64,000 nt of DNA from Bacillota bacterium (GCA_050952625.1 JBMNLH010000001.1:1536001-1600000), one strand, 5' to 3'; counted from the stretch's first letter, positions 1 to 10,030 are shown. Notes: generated by a model not told the origin, from the sequence alone. Translations and numbers: made by a program.

Positions 1-138
1 GTTGGTTGTTACGAAACGGCATCGTTCTTCTAGTTAATAACAAATTAAAATAGCAAAAACAGGGCTTCCTTGACAGGTATAGCCCTGAATTTTCTTCCGT
101 TTATTCCTACAGGTAAAATAAGTTTTAAACTGCTCAAT

Positions 139-495
139 CTAAGCAGATGCTTTTTCCGTTTTAGACTCTGAATTGACTTTAATTGATTCTCTAGGACCAC
201 TAGCATTCTGATTTTCAGAAGAGGCCGCCGGACTCTCCACTGGTTTTTCTTCCACCTTTTCATAGGCATCACTAAAATCTGGCGTCGCTTCTCGGCCAGG
301 AAGAGGTTTACCAGTATATTCCGCATGATCCTTACAATAAAAACCGCTTCCCTTGAAAAGAATTCCGACATTTCTGGAGATAATTCTTTTAATCGGCCCA
401 TGGCAATTAGGGCAATTTTCCAAGGCCGGCTCAGTTATTTTTTGCGTAAACTGCATTTTGCCACATTGGTCACATCGGTAATCATAGGTCGGCAA
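139..495 (-). CDS. FmdB-family zinc-ribbon regulatory protein
   Basis: MPTYDYRCDQCG...CPNCHG...ILFKGSGFY is the FmdB signature; TTG start after AGGGAG RBS. Confidence 0.88.
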   Translation of the reverse strand: MPTYDYRCDQCGKMQFTQKITEPALENCPNCHGPIKRIISRNVGILFKGSGFYCKDHAEYTGKPLPGREATPDFSDAYEKVEEKPVESPAASSENQNASGPRESIKVNSESKTEKASA

Positions 496-545
496 CTATT
501 CTCCCTCCCTCTAGCCTTTTATTTAAAATAAAACTTACAGTATCT

Positions 546-575
546 GTTATAAACCATATTAAACCGGTTTGTCAA
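546..575 (-). promoter_or_regulatory. sigmaA-type promoter of the FmdB gene
   Basis: Minus strand TTGACA-N18-TATAAC. Confidence 0.55.
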
Positions 576-683
576 TATTTTAGGACTATTGGTGGATCGA
601 GTTATTAAGAAAATAACACGTTCCTTATCGTTTGGGTTATTTTCATCTGTGGTTGTGCTTAACGGGCATGGGTGGTTAATAAT

Positions 684-714
684 AAAATTAGGAGGACCGG
701 ATTTTCGGCCCTCC
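684..714 (-). terminator. Intrinsic terminator downstream of the biotin-carrier gene
   Basis: GGAGGGCCG-AAAATC-CGGTCCTCC hairpin followed by TAATTTTATT. Confidence 0.6.
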
Positions 715-883
715 CAATTTTACCCAAAACCTATATACCCGAAAACAGGAATACATGTACACGGGATACTCCAACTATGTACTTAGTTCTCTGCATCCGG
801 GAAACAACTTGGTTATTGGACCTCTCCACATATCGCACAACTAACACGGCCGTCTTCCGTCATGCTCGAAGATAATAGGGCGA

Positions 884-1096
884 CTATTCGATTACAGCCA
901 GTACATCCCCCTGGTTTACTACGTCGCCAATTTTGCAGTTGATTTCTTTAACAGTGCCACTTTCCGGAGCAAAAATGGGGTTTTCCATCTTCATGGATTC
1001 CAGAACGATTACTTCATCGTCTTCTTCAACAGATGCGCCAACTTCGACATTGATCGCAATAATTTTTCCTACCATCGGGGCCTCAACGTTTGCCAC
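884..1096 (-). CDS. Stand-alone biotin carboxyl carrier (biotinyl-domain) protein
   Basis: APMVGKI...LESMKMENPIFAPESGTV with the biotinylated MKM lysine; GGAGG RBS. Confidence 0.9.
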   Translation of the reverse strand: MANVEAPMVGKIIAINVEVGASVEEDDEVIVLESMKMENPIFAPESGTVKEINCKIGDVVNQGDVLAVIE

Positions 1097-1308
1097 TTAA
1101 CATCCCTCCTGAAAATTATAGCCTAACCTCACTGGGGTCAGCTTTATCCTTGAAGTTTAACTGATCGGATTCGCGGGTTAACCATAAAATCTTCTCGGTT
1201 AGCGGCCGTGGTTGTGTGATATGTGGACAAATCTACGAAATCCCAGAAATAGTGTTTCCCAAATTCCACATGCTACTCCTCTGAGAAACCTTTCTCTAAC
1301 TCTACCAT

Positions 1309-1336
1309 ATTCGACACGTTGTTCTATAAATCCTTC
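1309..1336 (-). promoter_or_regulatory. sigmaH-type promoter (a second copy lies at 1401-1427)
   Basis: GAAGGATTT-N12-GTCGAAT and GCAGGAGAT-N11-GTTGAAT match the B. subtilis sigmaH consensus RNAGGAWWW-N11/12-RNNGAAT. Confidence 0.65.
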
Positions 1337-1474
1337 ATATTCCCAGAAATATAGATAAAATTCTATCCTGGAAATTGTCTGTATCAGACACCTCTTTCTT
1401 ATTCAACACGGGCTACAAATCTCCTGCTAATTGCTGAAATTAAATCCACTAGTTTCTGCTTTTTCTCACTGCTG

Positions 1475-2122
1475 TTATAATTTCCATTCCTTCCCGTATC
1501 GCATTGGTCGTTTCAGGATGAATTTCTGCTCTCGGGGGTAGGCCCGGCACCAATCCGGTTCGAAGCTCCAATCAGCTTTAAAAATTACCTCTAGCTGCTT
1601 AAAATATTCAACCGGATTTGATTTCATATCCAAACCTCGGGCTTTGAGTTCCTTGCTAAGAGCCTGATTAACTTCCATTTCATATGCCTCCAGCCGGTCA
1701 AAAAATTCTTTCCAAATACCTACTCCCTCTTCCTCCCAAATACTACAGCCCGGACAGACATAGAAACGACAAACAGATTCCCTTAGTTCGGGGGCCCAAC
1801 GGCACCCTCCTTCCAGGGAATGAAACTGGCAACGAAAATCGCCATCTTTATCTTCGAGGCGATCGACTGACATATATTCTTCTAGAATAGTGATCCGCGG
1901 CATGGAAAAAATAACCTTGATTGCCTCCGGGTCATTCGCCAGCAAATAGGCAAAATCAGTGGGGTAGTAGGTCGGGTTATAGTAGCAGCAACCCTTGGCA
2001 TCTTCCCGAGGACAGTCCCAGCATAAAGAACATTCGATCCAGCTGCGTAACCCCAGGTTGTGGAAAACAATCTCAAAAGATCGTTCCCGCCAATTGTCAG
2101 GTCCGGTTGACTCCTTAACCAA
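1475..2122 (-). CDS. Cysteine-cluster protein (YkgJ/CxxCxxCC-like, putative Zn or Fe-S binding)
   Basis: CSLCWDC...GCC...CQFH...GC...R..CRFYVC cysteine pattern. Confidence 0.6.
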   Translation of the reverse strand: MVKESTGPDNWRERSFEIVFHNLGLRSWIECSLCWDCPREDAKGCCYYNPTYYPTDFAYLLANDPEAIKVIFSMPRITILEEYMSVDRLEDKDGDFRCQFHSLEGGCRWAPELRESVCRFYVCPGCSIWEEEGVGIWKEFFDRLEAYEMEVNQALSKELKARGLDMKSNPVEYFKQLEVIFKADWSFEPDWCRAYPREQKFILKRPMRYGKEWKL

Positions 2123-2265
2123 CAGACGCTCTCCCTCCCTTCGGATTTACGGTTATTATAACACGAGGTTAGAGGCTGTGGACTTTTTTCCGGAAAAAAG
2201 TCAGCCTCATTCTTTACCTGATTATCATACCAAACAGGATCAGCTAAGCTGTAACCCGCAATTTC

Positions 2266-3447
2266 TTAGGGACGGCAAGACGGACAAGGTCGAAATCCCC
2301 CCTCAACGGCTTCCTCCCGAGTATTATAAAGCACTCGATTTTTTGCACTAGGTAAGTTGGAGCAGGTCGACCGGTGAAAAACCCGACTGTTTTTATTGCC
2401 GATAAACTGTTCGGTATTCCCAGAAGCGTTATTAGCCATAGGTTTTGAAGCAGCCGAATCAATATTCACAAAATCCGATTGTAGAGGACCGGCTAATTTT
2501 TCAATGCTTATCTTTTCACCATCGGAGGCAAAAATAAGTGTTCCTTCCTGGTCGGTCCGGTAAACCTCTATCCCAGCCCTGTTTAATCCGGTAAGGGTTT
2601 CCGAGTGAGGGTGGCCATAGTCATTGTCCACTCCCACTGAAATCACGGCGTGTTTAGGGCGGACCGCATTTAAGAACGGCAGTGTTGTCGAACTCCGGCT
2701 GCCGTGATGGCCGACCTTAAGAACGTCTGACTTAAGTAAGGGCGTTACCCAACTTGAAGTAAGCATTTCTCTTTCTGATTGCGCCTCTGCATCTCCGGTA
2801 AACAAAAAGGAGGTCGCGCCATACTGAATCCGGGTTACCACTGACCAGTCGTTTAAACTCTCATAAGCCGTGCCGCAAGGGGCTAAAATGATCGCGTTTA
2901 AATTCTCTTGATCAATAATGGATACGCCCGCTTTGGCAGTAGTTACAGTCAAAGATTTAGCGTTAATCGCCTGTAGAACATCCTCAAAGGTCTTAGTATT
3001 ATTAGTTATTCGAGGGAGATAAACTTGGCCAATTTCCAAATCCTTGATTACATTATCCAAACCGCCAATGTGGTCTTCATGCGGATGGGTCCCGATCAGG
3101 TAGTCAATCTTTCTTATGCCTTGCTGCTGGAGATAGGATACAACGGCTGGTCCGTCCGCATTGTTGCCGGCATCGATCAGCATCGTTTGTCTATTCGGCA
3201 ACTGGATCAGGATAGAATCTGCCTGCCCGACATTTAGAAAGTGGACTTTAAGCTGGTCGGTCAACAATTGATCAGTATCCGGCGGATGCTCCTGGCCGGT
3301 TTCCGAGGGAGGGACAGTCGTATACTCCGGGCTTCTACTCTGGAACAGGCCGCAGCCGGGACCGGTTAAAAGGAAGATCAATGATAGGATAAACAGGATC
3401 AATAGGACAACAAATCTTGACCTCTGTTGCGTCTTCTGTTTCATCAT
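2266..3447 (-). CDS. Secreted ComEC/Rec2-like MBL-fold hydrolase with C-terminal Ada-type metal-binding domain
   Basis: Hydrophobic N-terminus; VHFLNVGQADS, THPHEDHIGG, LKVGHHGS; C-terminal GNKNSRVFHRSTC...RPCPSC. Confidence 0.9.
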   Translation of the reverse strand: MMKQKTQQRSRFVVLLILFILSLIFLLTGPGCGLFQSRSPEYTTVPPSETGQEHPPDTDQLLTDQLKVHFLNVGQADSILIQLPNRQTMLIDAGNNADGPAVVSYLQQQGIRKIDYLIGTHPHEDHIGGLDNVIKDLEIGQVYLPRITNNTKTFEDVLQAINAKSLTVTTAKAGVSIIDQENLNAIILAPCGTAYESLNDWSVVTRIQYGATSFLFTGDAEAQSEREMLTSSWVTPLLKSDVLKVGHHGSRSSTTLPFLNAVRPKHAVISVGVDNDYGHPHSETLTGLNRAGIEVYRTDQEGTLIFASDGEKISIEKLAGPLQSDFVNIDSAASKPMANNASGNTEQFIGNKNSRVFHRSTCSNLPSAKNRVLYNTREEAVEGGFRPCPSCRP

Positions 3448-3460
3448 GAAGCCTCTTCTC

Positions 3461-3670
3461 TCAGTCCTTAAAAAGTTCGTTAGTCAGCTGCTTAAGATAC
3501 TGCTTCCGGCTTACCGTGGTGGTCTGGTTAATGGTTATTTTAATATCCAGCACATCACCCTCCTTGGCCTCCGCTGGAATTAATGCCCGGGGCAGATTAA
3601 AGGTTTTCTGAGCCAACTGCTGGGCTTCAATAACTGCCCACTCTTCCTCAAACCGATCAATAATAAACAA
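3461..3670 (-). CDS. DUF3006 family protein
   Basis: IIDRFEEEWAVIE...LIPAEAKEGDVL; this family is commonly adjacent to ComEC-like MBL genes. Confidence 0.85.
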   Translation of the reverse strand: MFIIDRFEEEWAVIEAQQLAQKTFNLPRALIPAEAKEGDVLDIKITINQTTTVSRKQYLKQLTNELFKD

Positions 3671-3681
3671 AACCTACCCCC

Positions 3682-3963
3682 CTATAAAAGTTCTTCCATG
3701 AATTTTTCCACATACTTAACACCAGAATCCGTAACTTCTACCGCTTCCAAAATACAGATTGACGGACTATTTTGTCCCTGCTCAATAAACTCAACTCCAT
3801 TTATTAAGCCTTCTTCCTGCATCTCGGCAATTAGGTCGATAAATTCACGATAAGTTAGCCCATCTTCACTTACATAATCCATAATATCGGGATTGTTGCC
3901 AATAAGCAAATCGCTAAGTATGCCGCACTTAAATATCTCTTTTTCTCTTGACTCAGCAACCAC
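3682..3963 (-). CDS. Small hypothetical protein, YjcQ-like winged helix
   Basis: MQEEGLINGV...VTDSGVKYVE pattern; co-directional with downstream genes. Confidence 0.5.
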   Translation of the reverse strand: MVAESREKEIFKCGILSDLLIGNNPDIMDYVSEDGLTYREFIDLIAEMQEEGLINGVEFIEQGQNSPSICILEAVEVTDSGVKYVEKFMEELL

Positions 3964-4040
3964 TTGTTAACCCCTTTCTTATTATCCAATCTGCATGAAA
4001 GCTTGGGCATTAACTCGGTCAGCAGATTTTATTGTTCTGA

Positions 4041-4123
4041 TGGGGGTTACCTTGTTCAAAACTTCAGGTGGAGTAGATTCTCCACCTGAAACCCCGATGT
4101 TCAGCGAAGCTGAACGAGTTCAC
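4041..4123. repeat. Dispersed palindromic intergenic repeat, family B, copy 1
   Basis: Near-identical to 33710-33791; hairpins TTCAGGTGGAG...CTCCACCTGAA and GTTCAGCGAAGCTGAAC. Confidence 0.9.
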
Positions 4124-4186
4124 TTTCATCACTGACAAATCTCCGGGAATTGCCAACCAGCCGGAATGACTTGAACTAACCCTTAT

Positions 4187-5473
4187 TTAGACCCAGCCTC
4201 GCATTTTCACGGCCTGGGCAACGCGGTTAATTGAGATAACATAAGCAGCATCACGCATATACAGATTCCGTTGCTGCGCCAGTTCCCAAACGGCTTTAAA
4301 GGCAGCCGTCATCTTAAGGTCAAGTTTCTCTAACACTTCATCCTTTTCCCAATAAAAATTCGAATTCGACTGAACCTGTTCAAAATAACTGCAGGTAACG
4401 CCACCGGCATTTGCCAGAAAATCAGGAATCACAAAGATGTTCCGCTCTTTAATTATCTCATCCACGTCTGGGGTTGTCGGCCCATTGGCTCCCTCTGCAA
4501 TCACCTTAACCTGACTGCTGATTTTATTCACATTAGCTTGAGTAATCTGATTCTCTAGGGCAGCCGGAATCAGGATGTCGACCTCCTGGGCAATCCAGTC
4601 TTCTCCCGACAGTATCTCACACCCAAGGTCCCGCGCTTTATCCTTATCCAGACTACCAAAAGAATCGACAATCCCCTGTAGGGCTACTACATCTAACCCA
4701 TCCTTCTTGCGGAAGGTATAGGATTGCTTATCGGCAAAATCCCAACACGAAACTGCGATTACCCGGCCGCCCAACTGTTGATACAACAACGCAGCGTATT
4801 GCGCCACATTACCAAAACCCTGAATACTAGCCGTGGTATCCTCAGGTTTAATGTTTAGGGCTTTCAGGGCTTCCCGCAGAGTATAGATAACGCCAAAACC
4901 AGTCGCTTCGGTCCGGCCCAAAGAACCACCCATGCCGACTGGTTTTCCCGTAATAAACCCCGGATATCTCCCGCCGTGAATAGTCTCGAACTCATCAAGC
5001 ATCCAAAGCATATGTTTGGCATTGGTCATCACGTCTGGTGCCGGCACGTCCAGACAAGGTCCCATGTCTTTAGCTATTTTTCTAACATAGCCCCGACACA
5101 GTCTTTCCTGTTCCTTCTCCGTTAAACTGCGTGGATCACAAATAATTCCGCCTTTACCACCGCCCAGCGGAATATCCACCACCGCACACTTCCAGGTCAT
5201 CCACATTGACAGGGCACGTATTGTATCAATTGTTTCTTGCGGATGAAAACGGATGCCCCCCTTGGCTGGTCCCCGGGCATCATTGTGTTGGATGCGATAA
5301 CCGTTAAAAATCTTGGCACTCCCATCCTCCATCTGTACCGGAATGGTAAAATGATACTCTCGCATCGGTTGACGCAGGAGTTCCCGGGTTGCTTCATCAA
5401 GCCCAATAATACTAGCCACTTTATCAAATTGAGCCTGGGCGTTCTTGTAGGGATTATAGGCACTTTCACTCAT
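4187..5473 (-). CDS. gdhA: Glutamate dehydrogenase (Glu/Leu/Phe/Val family)
   Basis: RGPAKGGIRFHP, GGGKGG, DVPAPD, IQGFGNV, AEGANGP, PDFLANAGGV. Confidence 0.93.
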   Translation of the reverse strand: MSESAYNPYKNAQAQFDKVASIIGLDEATRELLRQPMREYHFTIPVQMEDGSAKIFNGYRIQHNDARGPAKGGIRFHPQETIDTIRALSMWMTWKCAVVDIPLGGGKGGIICDPRSLTEKEQERLCRGYVRKIAKDMGPCLDVPAPDVMTNAKHMLWMLDEFETIHGGRYPGFITGKPVGMGGSLGRTEATGFGVIYTLREALKALNIKPEDTTASIQGFGNVAQYAALLYQQLGGRVIAVSCWDFADKQSYTFRKKDGLDVVALQGIVDSFGSLDKDKARDLGCEILSGEDWIAQEVDILIPAALENQITQANVNKISSQVKVIAEGANGPTTPDVDEIIKERNIFVIPDFLANAGGVTCSYFEQVQSNSNFYWEKDEVLEKLDLKMTAAFKAVWELAQQRNLYMRDAAYVISINRVAQAVKMRGWV

Positions 5474-5597
5474 TGATTGTTATACCCTCCCATTTTTTAG
5501 ATATTAGATTTCTAAGTTGCATTATATAGCGATTTTCGACCTATTTCAAGGATCTTCAACAATGTATACCTGGATAATAATCCCGTCCGATCAGATT

Positions 5598-5618
5598 AAA
5601 AAGAGCCCGAAGGCTCTT
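5598..5618 (-). terminator. Intrinsic terminator of the lipoprotein gene
   Basis: AAGAGCC-TTCG-GGCTCTT followed by a T-run on the minus strand. Confidence 0.8.
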
Positions 5619-5647
5619 AGCAGTAATCCTTATATTAAAGTTAAAGG

Positions 5648-6376
5648 CTATTGTTGGGGGATCTGGTTTAGCATATTGGTCATATCCATCACTTGAACAC
5701 CGGCCGGTAATTGGAATTTTTCCGCTGGCTGCGGCCCTATTTGTAGGTTCTTGAACTCCATAACGGCTTTTCCTTCTTGAGAATCTACTTCAATTCTGAT
5801 CGGAATGCCGTAATCTTCCCGGACCCACATTTTACACTCTTCCTTACCGTCAGCCGTGGTAATTACCACTACTTTACAAGTTACCCCATCGTAAACTGTT
5901 GAATCGACAATCTTATATTTGTCTGGCTTAGTGTCAATATCCTCCGTATAATCAAGCGGCGTCTCTTTGAGGTTGCTTTGATCCGGCGTTATCTTAATGG
6001 CCATGTCCTCCTCGGCCATATAATTATACATGGTTACCCCATCATAAATAGTAACAACCGTTTGCCCCTCAACCGTAGTCTCCATCCTGGTCTTATGGCC
6101 TTGCACCCAAAATTTTCCATTAATAGTGTTGCTTTTATCTTTATAAGTATAGTCATAGGACATTCCTTCGATTTGTTTTGCTTTAGCCAACAAACTGATT
6201 GGCGAATCGTCATTGGCTGGCGGGGCGTTTTGTTGAGTATCAGGTTGACTGCTATTCGGAGGCTGACTGTTCGTGTTTTGACTTCCGCCGCCACACCCAA
6301 TTAGCGCGATGCTTAATAAGCCAATAAGTAACCAGAGAAACAAGTTTTTTAGACACAAGTATTTTGTTTTTTTCAT
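5648..6376 (-). CDS. Lipoprotein with LolA/DUF4412-like beta fold
   Basis: Lipobox LIGC, Q/N/P/S-rich linker, KMWVREDYGIPIRIE, C-terminal FQLPAG. Confidence 0.75.
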   Translation of the reverse strand: MKKTKYLCLKNLFLWLLIGLLSIALIGCGGGSQNTNSQPPNSSQPDTQQNAPPANDDSPISLLAKAKQIEGMSYDYTYKDKSNTINGKFWVQGHKTRMETTVEGQTVVTIYDGVTMYNYMAEEDMAIKITPDQSNLKETPLDYTEDIDTKPDKYKIVDSTVYDGVTCKVVVITTADGKEECKMWVREDYGIPIRIEVDSQEGKAVMEFKNLQIGPQPAEKFQLPAGVQVMDMTNMLNQIPQQ

Positions 6377-6540
6377 TTTAGACTTCCTCCCGTTTTTGTC
6401 TTCATCTAATCAAGAGCCCCTCTAAAAACGGCTGCAAACCTCCTTTCTAATAAAAAGGTATATATATTTTCAACGGTCAGGTTATGTATTCCTGCCAGAC
6501 TAAAATATTCTATATAAAAAATAAAAAATGGCTCGACTCA

Positions 6541-6575
6541 AGAAAAATCCCGCAAAGGCTTGCGGAATTTTTCTT
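6541..6575. terminator. Bidirectional terminator; related hairpins at 10046-10073 and 12753-12776
   Basis: CCCGYAA...TTRCGG stem flanked by A/T runs at all three sites. Confidence 0.75.
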
Positions 6576-6628
6576 TCTGGGGTTCAATGGCATCGGGTTA
6601 TTAATAATTTAGGTTGTAAGCGAGTCTC

Positions 6629-8068
6629 TTAACTTGCAGTAGATTCACTAATGACTTCTACTACGATCCCGTCGCTGATCTCTAATTCAACAGTACTGCC
6701 GGTTTGCAGTTCGGTAAAAGCCACGGTTTCTCCATCTTGTTTAATGACCGCATTCTTGTCAACCTCATAAGTGTACAGGGTTGCACCGACTTTAACCTCA
6801 ATCTGTTTTTTCCCGGTGCTTCCATTGAGCATAACCGTCGTTAGCTCGCCGGTCACAGTAGTAATATAACTGTCCACCTCTAGCGCAACTACTTTGTCAT
6901 TTACTACCGTAGCTTCAATCTCCTGACCGGGTTTAAGATGTTCGATTGTCGCTGATTTACCATTTAATCTAATAGTAACATCCTCAGTCAGGTCATAGGT
7001 TATATTTATCCCGTCTACCTTTAAAGTGATACTGGTTACATTATTAACCGTAACAATCGATTCTAAGGTGCCTTCAATTTTTTCATCTTCCTCAACCGGT
7101 TGGGTATCGGTTGCTTTATCGGAGCGAATAAAGAGGACCACTCCGTTTGGATCAATGATGACTTCTACGTTGCTATTGACTTTCAATTGTTTAAGCTCAG
7201 CTCTTTTCTTATTTACAAAAATAATTGATTCTTTAGTTACGTCTACAGTAATTGATTTGCCATTTTCTTTTTTAATTGTTAACGTTCCGGTATTTTTATC
7301 TTCCACCCTTATTTTGGTCAGGACCCCCTCGATATCTTGATTTTCCTCATCATCCGTCGCTTTGTTCTTGCCTGGGAAAAGTTTTTCCATTTTGTCCAAC
7401 AAAACGGACATTTCCGCTCTGGTTATTGGTTTATTGGGTTGGAAGCTTCGATCCGGGTTACCAATCATTAACTTCAAGATAAACATTTGTTGAACATAGG
7501 CTTTAGCCCAAGCTGGGATCTCATCAGCATCTATGAAGTTGAGATCAGTTATTTGTTCCTCAAGTTCACTGTTATCAAAAGCCCGCAAGGCCAGGACCGC
7601 GATCTCATAACGCTTGGCTGGTTTATTAGGCTGGAAATTAGCTAAATCTTTCTCCGTCAAAATCCCTCTCTCATACGCAACGGCAACATATCCTCGGGCC
7701 CAATCCGGTATTTTCTTGCTGTTCTTTAACTTATTTGTCGAAGCCTGTTCGGCCTCATCTTCCAAGCCCAGGAGCCGAACCAGCATGACAATCGCTTCAG
7801 CATGGGTAATCGGCTTGTTAGGCTGGAAAGTTGAATCTTCGTAGCCATTGATAACCCGTCTCATATTCATTTTGGTCATGGCCTCTTCTGCCCAATGGCC
7901 AGGAATGTCAATTAGCAAGCACACTTTTTGGGCTTTGGCTTTTTTCGCTTGACCTGGGGGGACTTTTTTCCAAGGGGTAGCCCAGGCTACCGACGCCATA
8001 AGATTAAACAAAAGGGTAAAAACTAATAAATAACTGATTTTTCGTTTTAATCCACCCATTTTCAGCAT
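6629..8068 (-). CDS. S-layer homology (SLH) domain surface protein
   Basis: Signal peptide, PPGQAKK motif, three SLH repeats (FQPNKPITHAE / FQPNKPAKRYE / FQPNKPITRAE), repeated C-terminal beta modules. Confidence 0.92.
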   Translation of the reverse strand: MLKMGGLKRKISYLLVFTLLFNLMASVAWATPWKKVPPGQAKKAKAQKVCLLIDIPGHWAEEAMTKMNMRRVINGYEDSTFQPNKPITHAEAIVMLVRLLGLEDEAEQASTNKLKNSKKIPDWARGYVAVAYERGILTEKDLANFQPNKPAKRYEIAVLALRAFDNSELEEQITDLNFIDADEIPAWAKAYVQQMFILKLMIGNPDRSFQPNKPITRAEMSVLLDKMEKLFPGKNKATDDEENQDIEGVLTKIRVEDKNTGTLTIKKENGKSITVDVTKESIIFVNKKRAELKQLKVNSNVEVIIDPNGVVLFIRSDKATDTQPVEEDEKIEGTLESIVTVNNVTSITLKVDGINITYDLTEDVTIRLNGKSATIEHLKPGQEIEATVVNDKVVALEVDSYITTVTGELTTVMLNGSTGKKQIEVKVGATLYTYEVDKNAVIKQDGETVAFTELQTGSTVELEISDGIVVEVISESTAS

Positions 8069-8114
8069 CTCCTTTTCTTTATTTAACTAGTCGCGCCTCT
8101 ATATTCACCTTCAC

Positions 8115-9229
8115 CTATTTTGTATCGTTATTATCCTTCTTCTTTTTGTCCCGATCATCTTTGTCTCTATCACCTTTGATTTTATCGTCTTTATCCCTAT
8201 CGCCTTTATCCCTGTCGTGTTTATCCCTATCGTTTTTGTCCTTTTTATTTTTATCTCTATTATCTCTGTCCCTATCGTCTTTTTTGTTCTTTTCGTTGGC
8301 CGTTTTCGCTTGACCAGGATTAGACTTAATATCTTTTTCTTTGTTTGGCTCGTTGGACCGCTTCTTACCTGCTCCGTTATTTGCCCCAGTCTTGTCTTTG
8401 TCAAACTCATTCTTATTTTTGCTTGACCCATTTTTTAAATTAATATTGCGATTGCCTTTGATCTGGCTGCGATATTTGTCAGACCATTGTTTGATTTTTA
8501 GATCCCTCAAACTCCTGGTTTTTAGATCAGTGTCCTTAAGGTTTGGTTCATCCTTTAGGGCATCTTGGTAGAGTAAAAATCGCCCGGTAGAAACCCCAGT
8601 TTGCTTGGCTTGCTGCTGCAATTTCGGCTCAGCCTTGGTGATCAGCACCTCGACCGGGATATTGACAGTTTCTACGGAACTAACAATAGCCTGAAAAACC
8701 AGTTCCTCTTCTACTACCGGCCTCGCGCTAACCGCTACGGCCGGATCGGCTTGAACAATTGTCGTAAAGACCACATTCTCTTTGTTCGGGTCTAAATAAT
8801 GCTGTTGGATCGCGACAGCAATTAAATCAGCGATCGCGGTATAGACATTTTTGCCGATTACCGGCACACTCACCAACAGAAGTTTACCTTCATCGTTATA
8901 CCCTATCCCGTCAATAACGCAGCTGTTTTGATCAACACTCAATTCTAAACTAGGATTAATATCCAAAGAAACATGAGCCACGGCCACCGGCATAGCCGCT
9001 CGATAGAAATACCAACCGACCAGCATGATGATCATGCCGCCGCGGCGATTGAACTCCATCTAATCCATTTTGACCGGGAACTAAGTGGCAGTTGAGTCTT
9101 GATTTCCTCTCCGACCATTACCTTCTCGGCTGGCCGGGGCACTTCATGAAATTCACCCTCCCGAGTCATGATAATACAAGATCTGGGGCTTATTTCCATT
9201 ACGATACCTTGAACTTCTTTACCCATCAT
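8115..9229 (-). CDS. rsgI: Anti-sigmaI factor RsgI, split by a 1-nt deletion near 9035
   Basis: RsgI N-domain (GIVMEI...IMTREGEFHEV) in 9032-9229; VSLDINPSLEL domain and charged tail in 8115-9059; restoring one A (GCA ATG) joins the frames through the TM helix. Confidence 0.88.
8150..8282 (-). repeat. 15-nt coding repeat (DRDKx pentapeptides) in the RsgI tail
   Basis: DRDKN KKDKN DRDKH DRDKG DRDKD DKIKG DRDKD DRDKK. Confidence 0.85.
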
Positions 9230-9954
9230 GACTCCCCCTCGCTGGCTAGCTGAATATAATTTCTGAGGTAGGTGAATTCATCCGCATAATATAAAATCAA
9301 GGTGACGGCAATAATGTACCGACGACCGCGCTCAACTGTCTTGGCGCTAACTCCCATTTGTTCCACCAGTTGTTTAATTGGCAGCTTCTTTTTGGTCAGT
9401 AAGAATTCTAATAGGAGTGTGTTTTTAACCAAAAAGGCAGCTATTCGCAACAAGGTCTTCCGGTAATCAGCATGCTGCGGCGAAGATTTAACCAAATCCT
9501 GAAAGGAAATTTTAAATTTTTTTAGTAATTGATTAAACTGTTGAATTTCTTCTCCCCGTTCCCGGGCGATTTCTTGATCCCAGTAATTATCCCAGGCCGG
9601 CTGAATCTCTAAGCTAGCTGCTACCTGGTTTTGCTCACTGGTACCAACCAGAGGGACGATTTTTTGATAATACCGGTTTTCTTTTCGCCAATAATCATTC
9701 AATCGACTCCGGATGACAATCCGGGCAAAGGCTAAAAACGGTGCCCCCTTATCCGGCTGATAAATCTCAATTGCCTGGTTTAACGCAATCAAGGCAATAC
9801 TTAATTCATCATCCACCCCCCACTCCAGCTTTTTCCCCGCTAGAGCGCAGGCGGTTTGACTAACAAAGGGTCGGCACATCGCTATCAGCTTTTCTCGGGC
9901 CGCACTGTCACCAGCCATGGTCTGATGCAGCAAGGTGTTTAGATCATGATCCAT
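9226..9954 (-). CDS. sigI: RNA polymerase sigma factor SigI
   Basis: DDELSIALIALNQAI, FLAFARIVIRSRLNDY, KTVERGRRYIIA; stop overlaps the rsgI start. Confidence 0.93.
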   Translation of the reverse strand: MDHDLNTLLHQTMAGDSAAREKLIAMCRPFVSQTACALAGKKLEWGVDDELSIALIALNQAIEIYQPDKGAPFLAFARIVIRSRLNDYWRKENRYYQKIVPLVGTSEQNQVAASLEIQPAWDNYWDQEIARERGEEIQQFNQLLKKFKISFQDLVKSSPQHADYRKTLLRIAAFLVKNTLLLEFLLTKKKLPIKQLVEQMGVSAKTVERGRRYIIAVTLILYYADEFTYLRNYIQLASEGES

Positions 9955-9998
9955 TTAGCTTACCTCAGATCAGCCGCGTTTCCAGCCTTAGTAATTAA

Positions 9999-10030
9999 TA
10001 CGAATCAGGGATGGGTTTTGTTGGGGGGGT
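9999..10030 (-). promoter_or_regulatory. Autoregulatory sigmaI promoter
   Basis: Minus strand ACCCCCCCAACAAAA-N13-CGTA matches the sigmaI C-tract/A-tract and CGWA consensus. Confidence 0.75.

Noticed and set aside
9032-9059. Programmed frameshift in rsgI (also considered for IS tnpA and zupT)
   Set aside because: No convincing slippery heptamer with a stimulatory structure; better explained by the window-wide indel pattern
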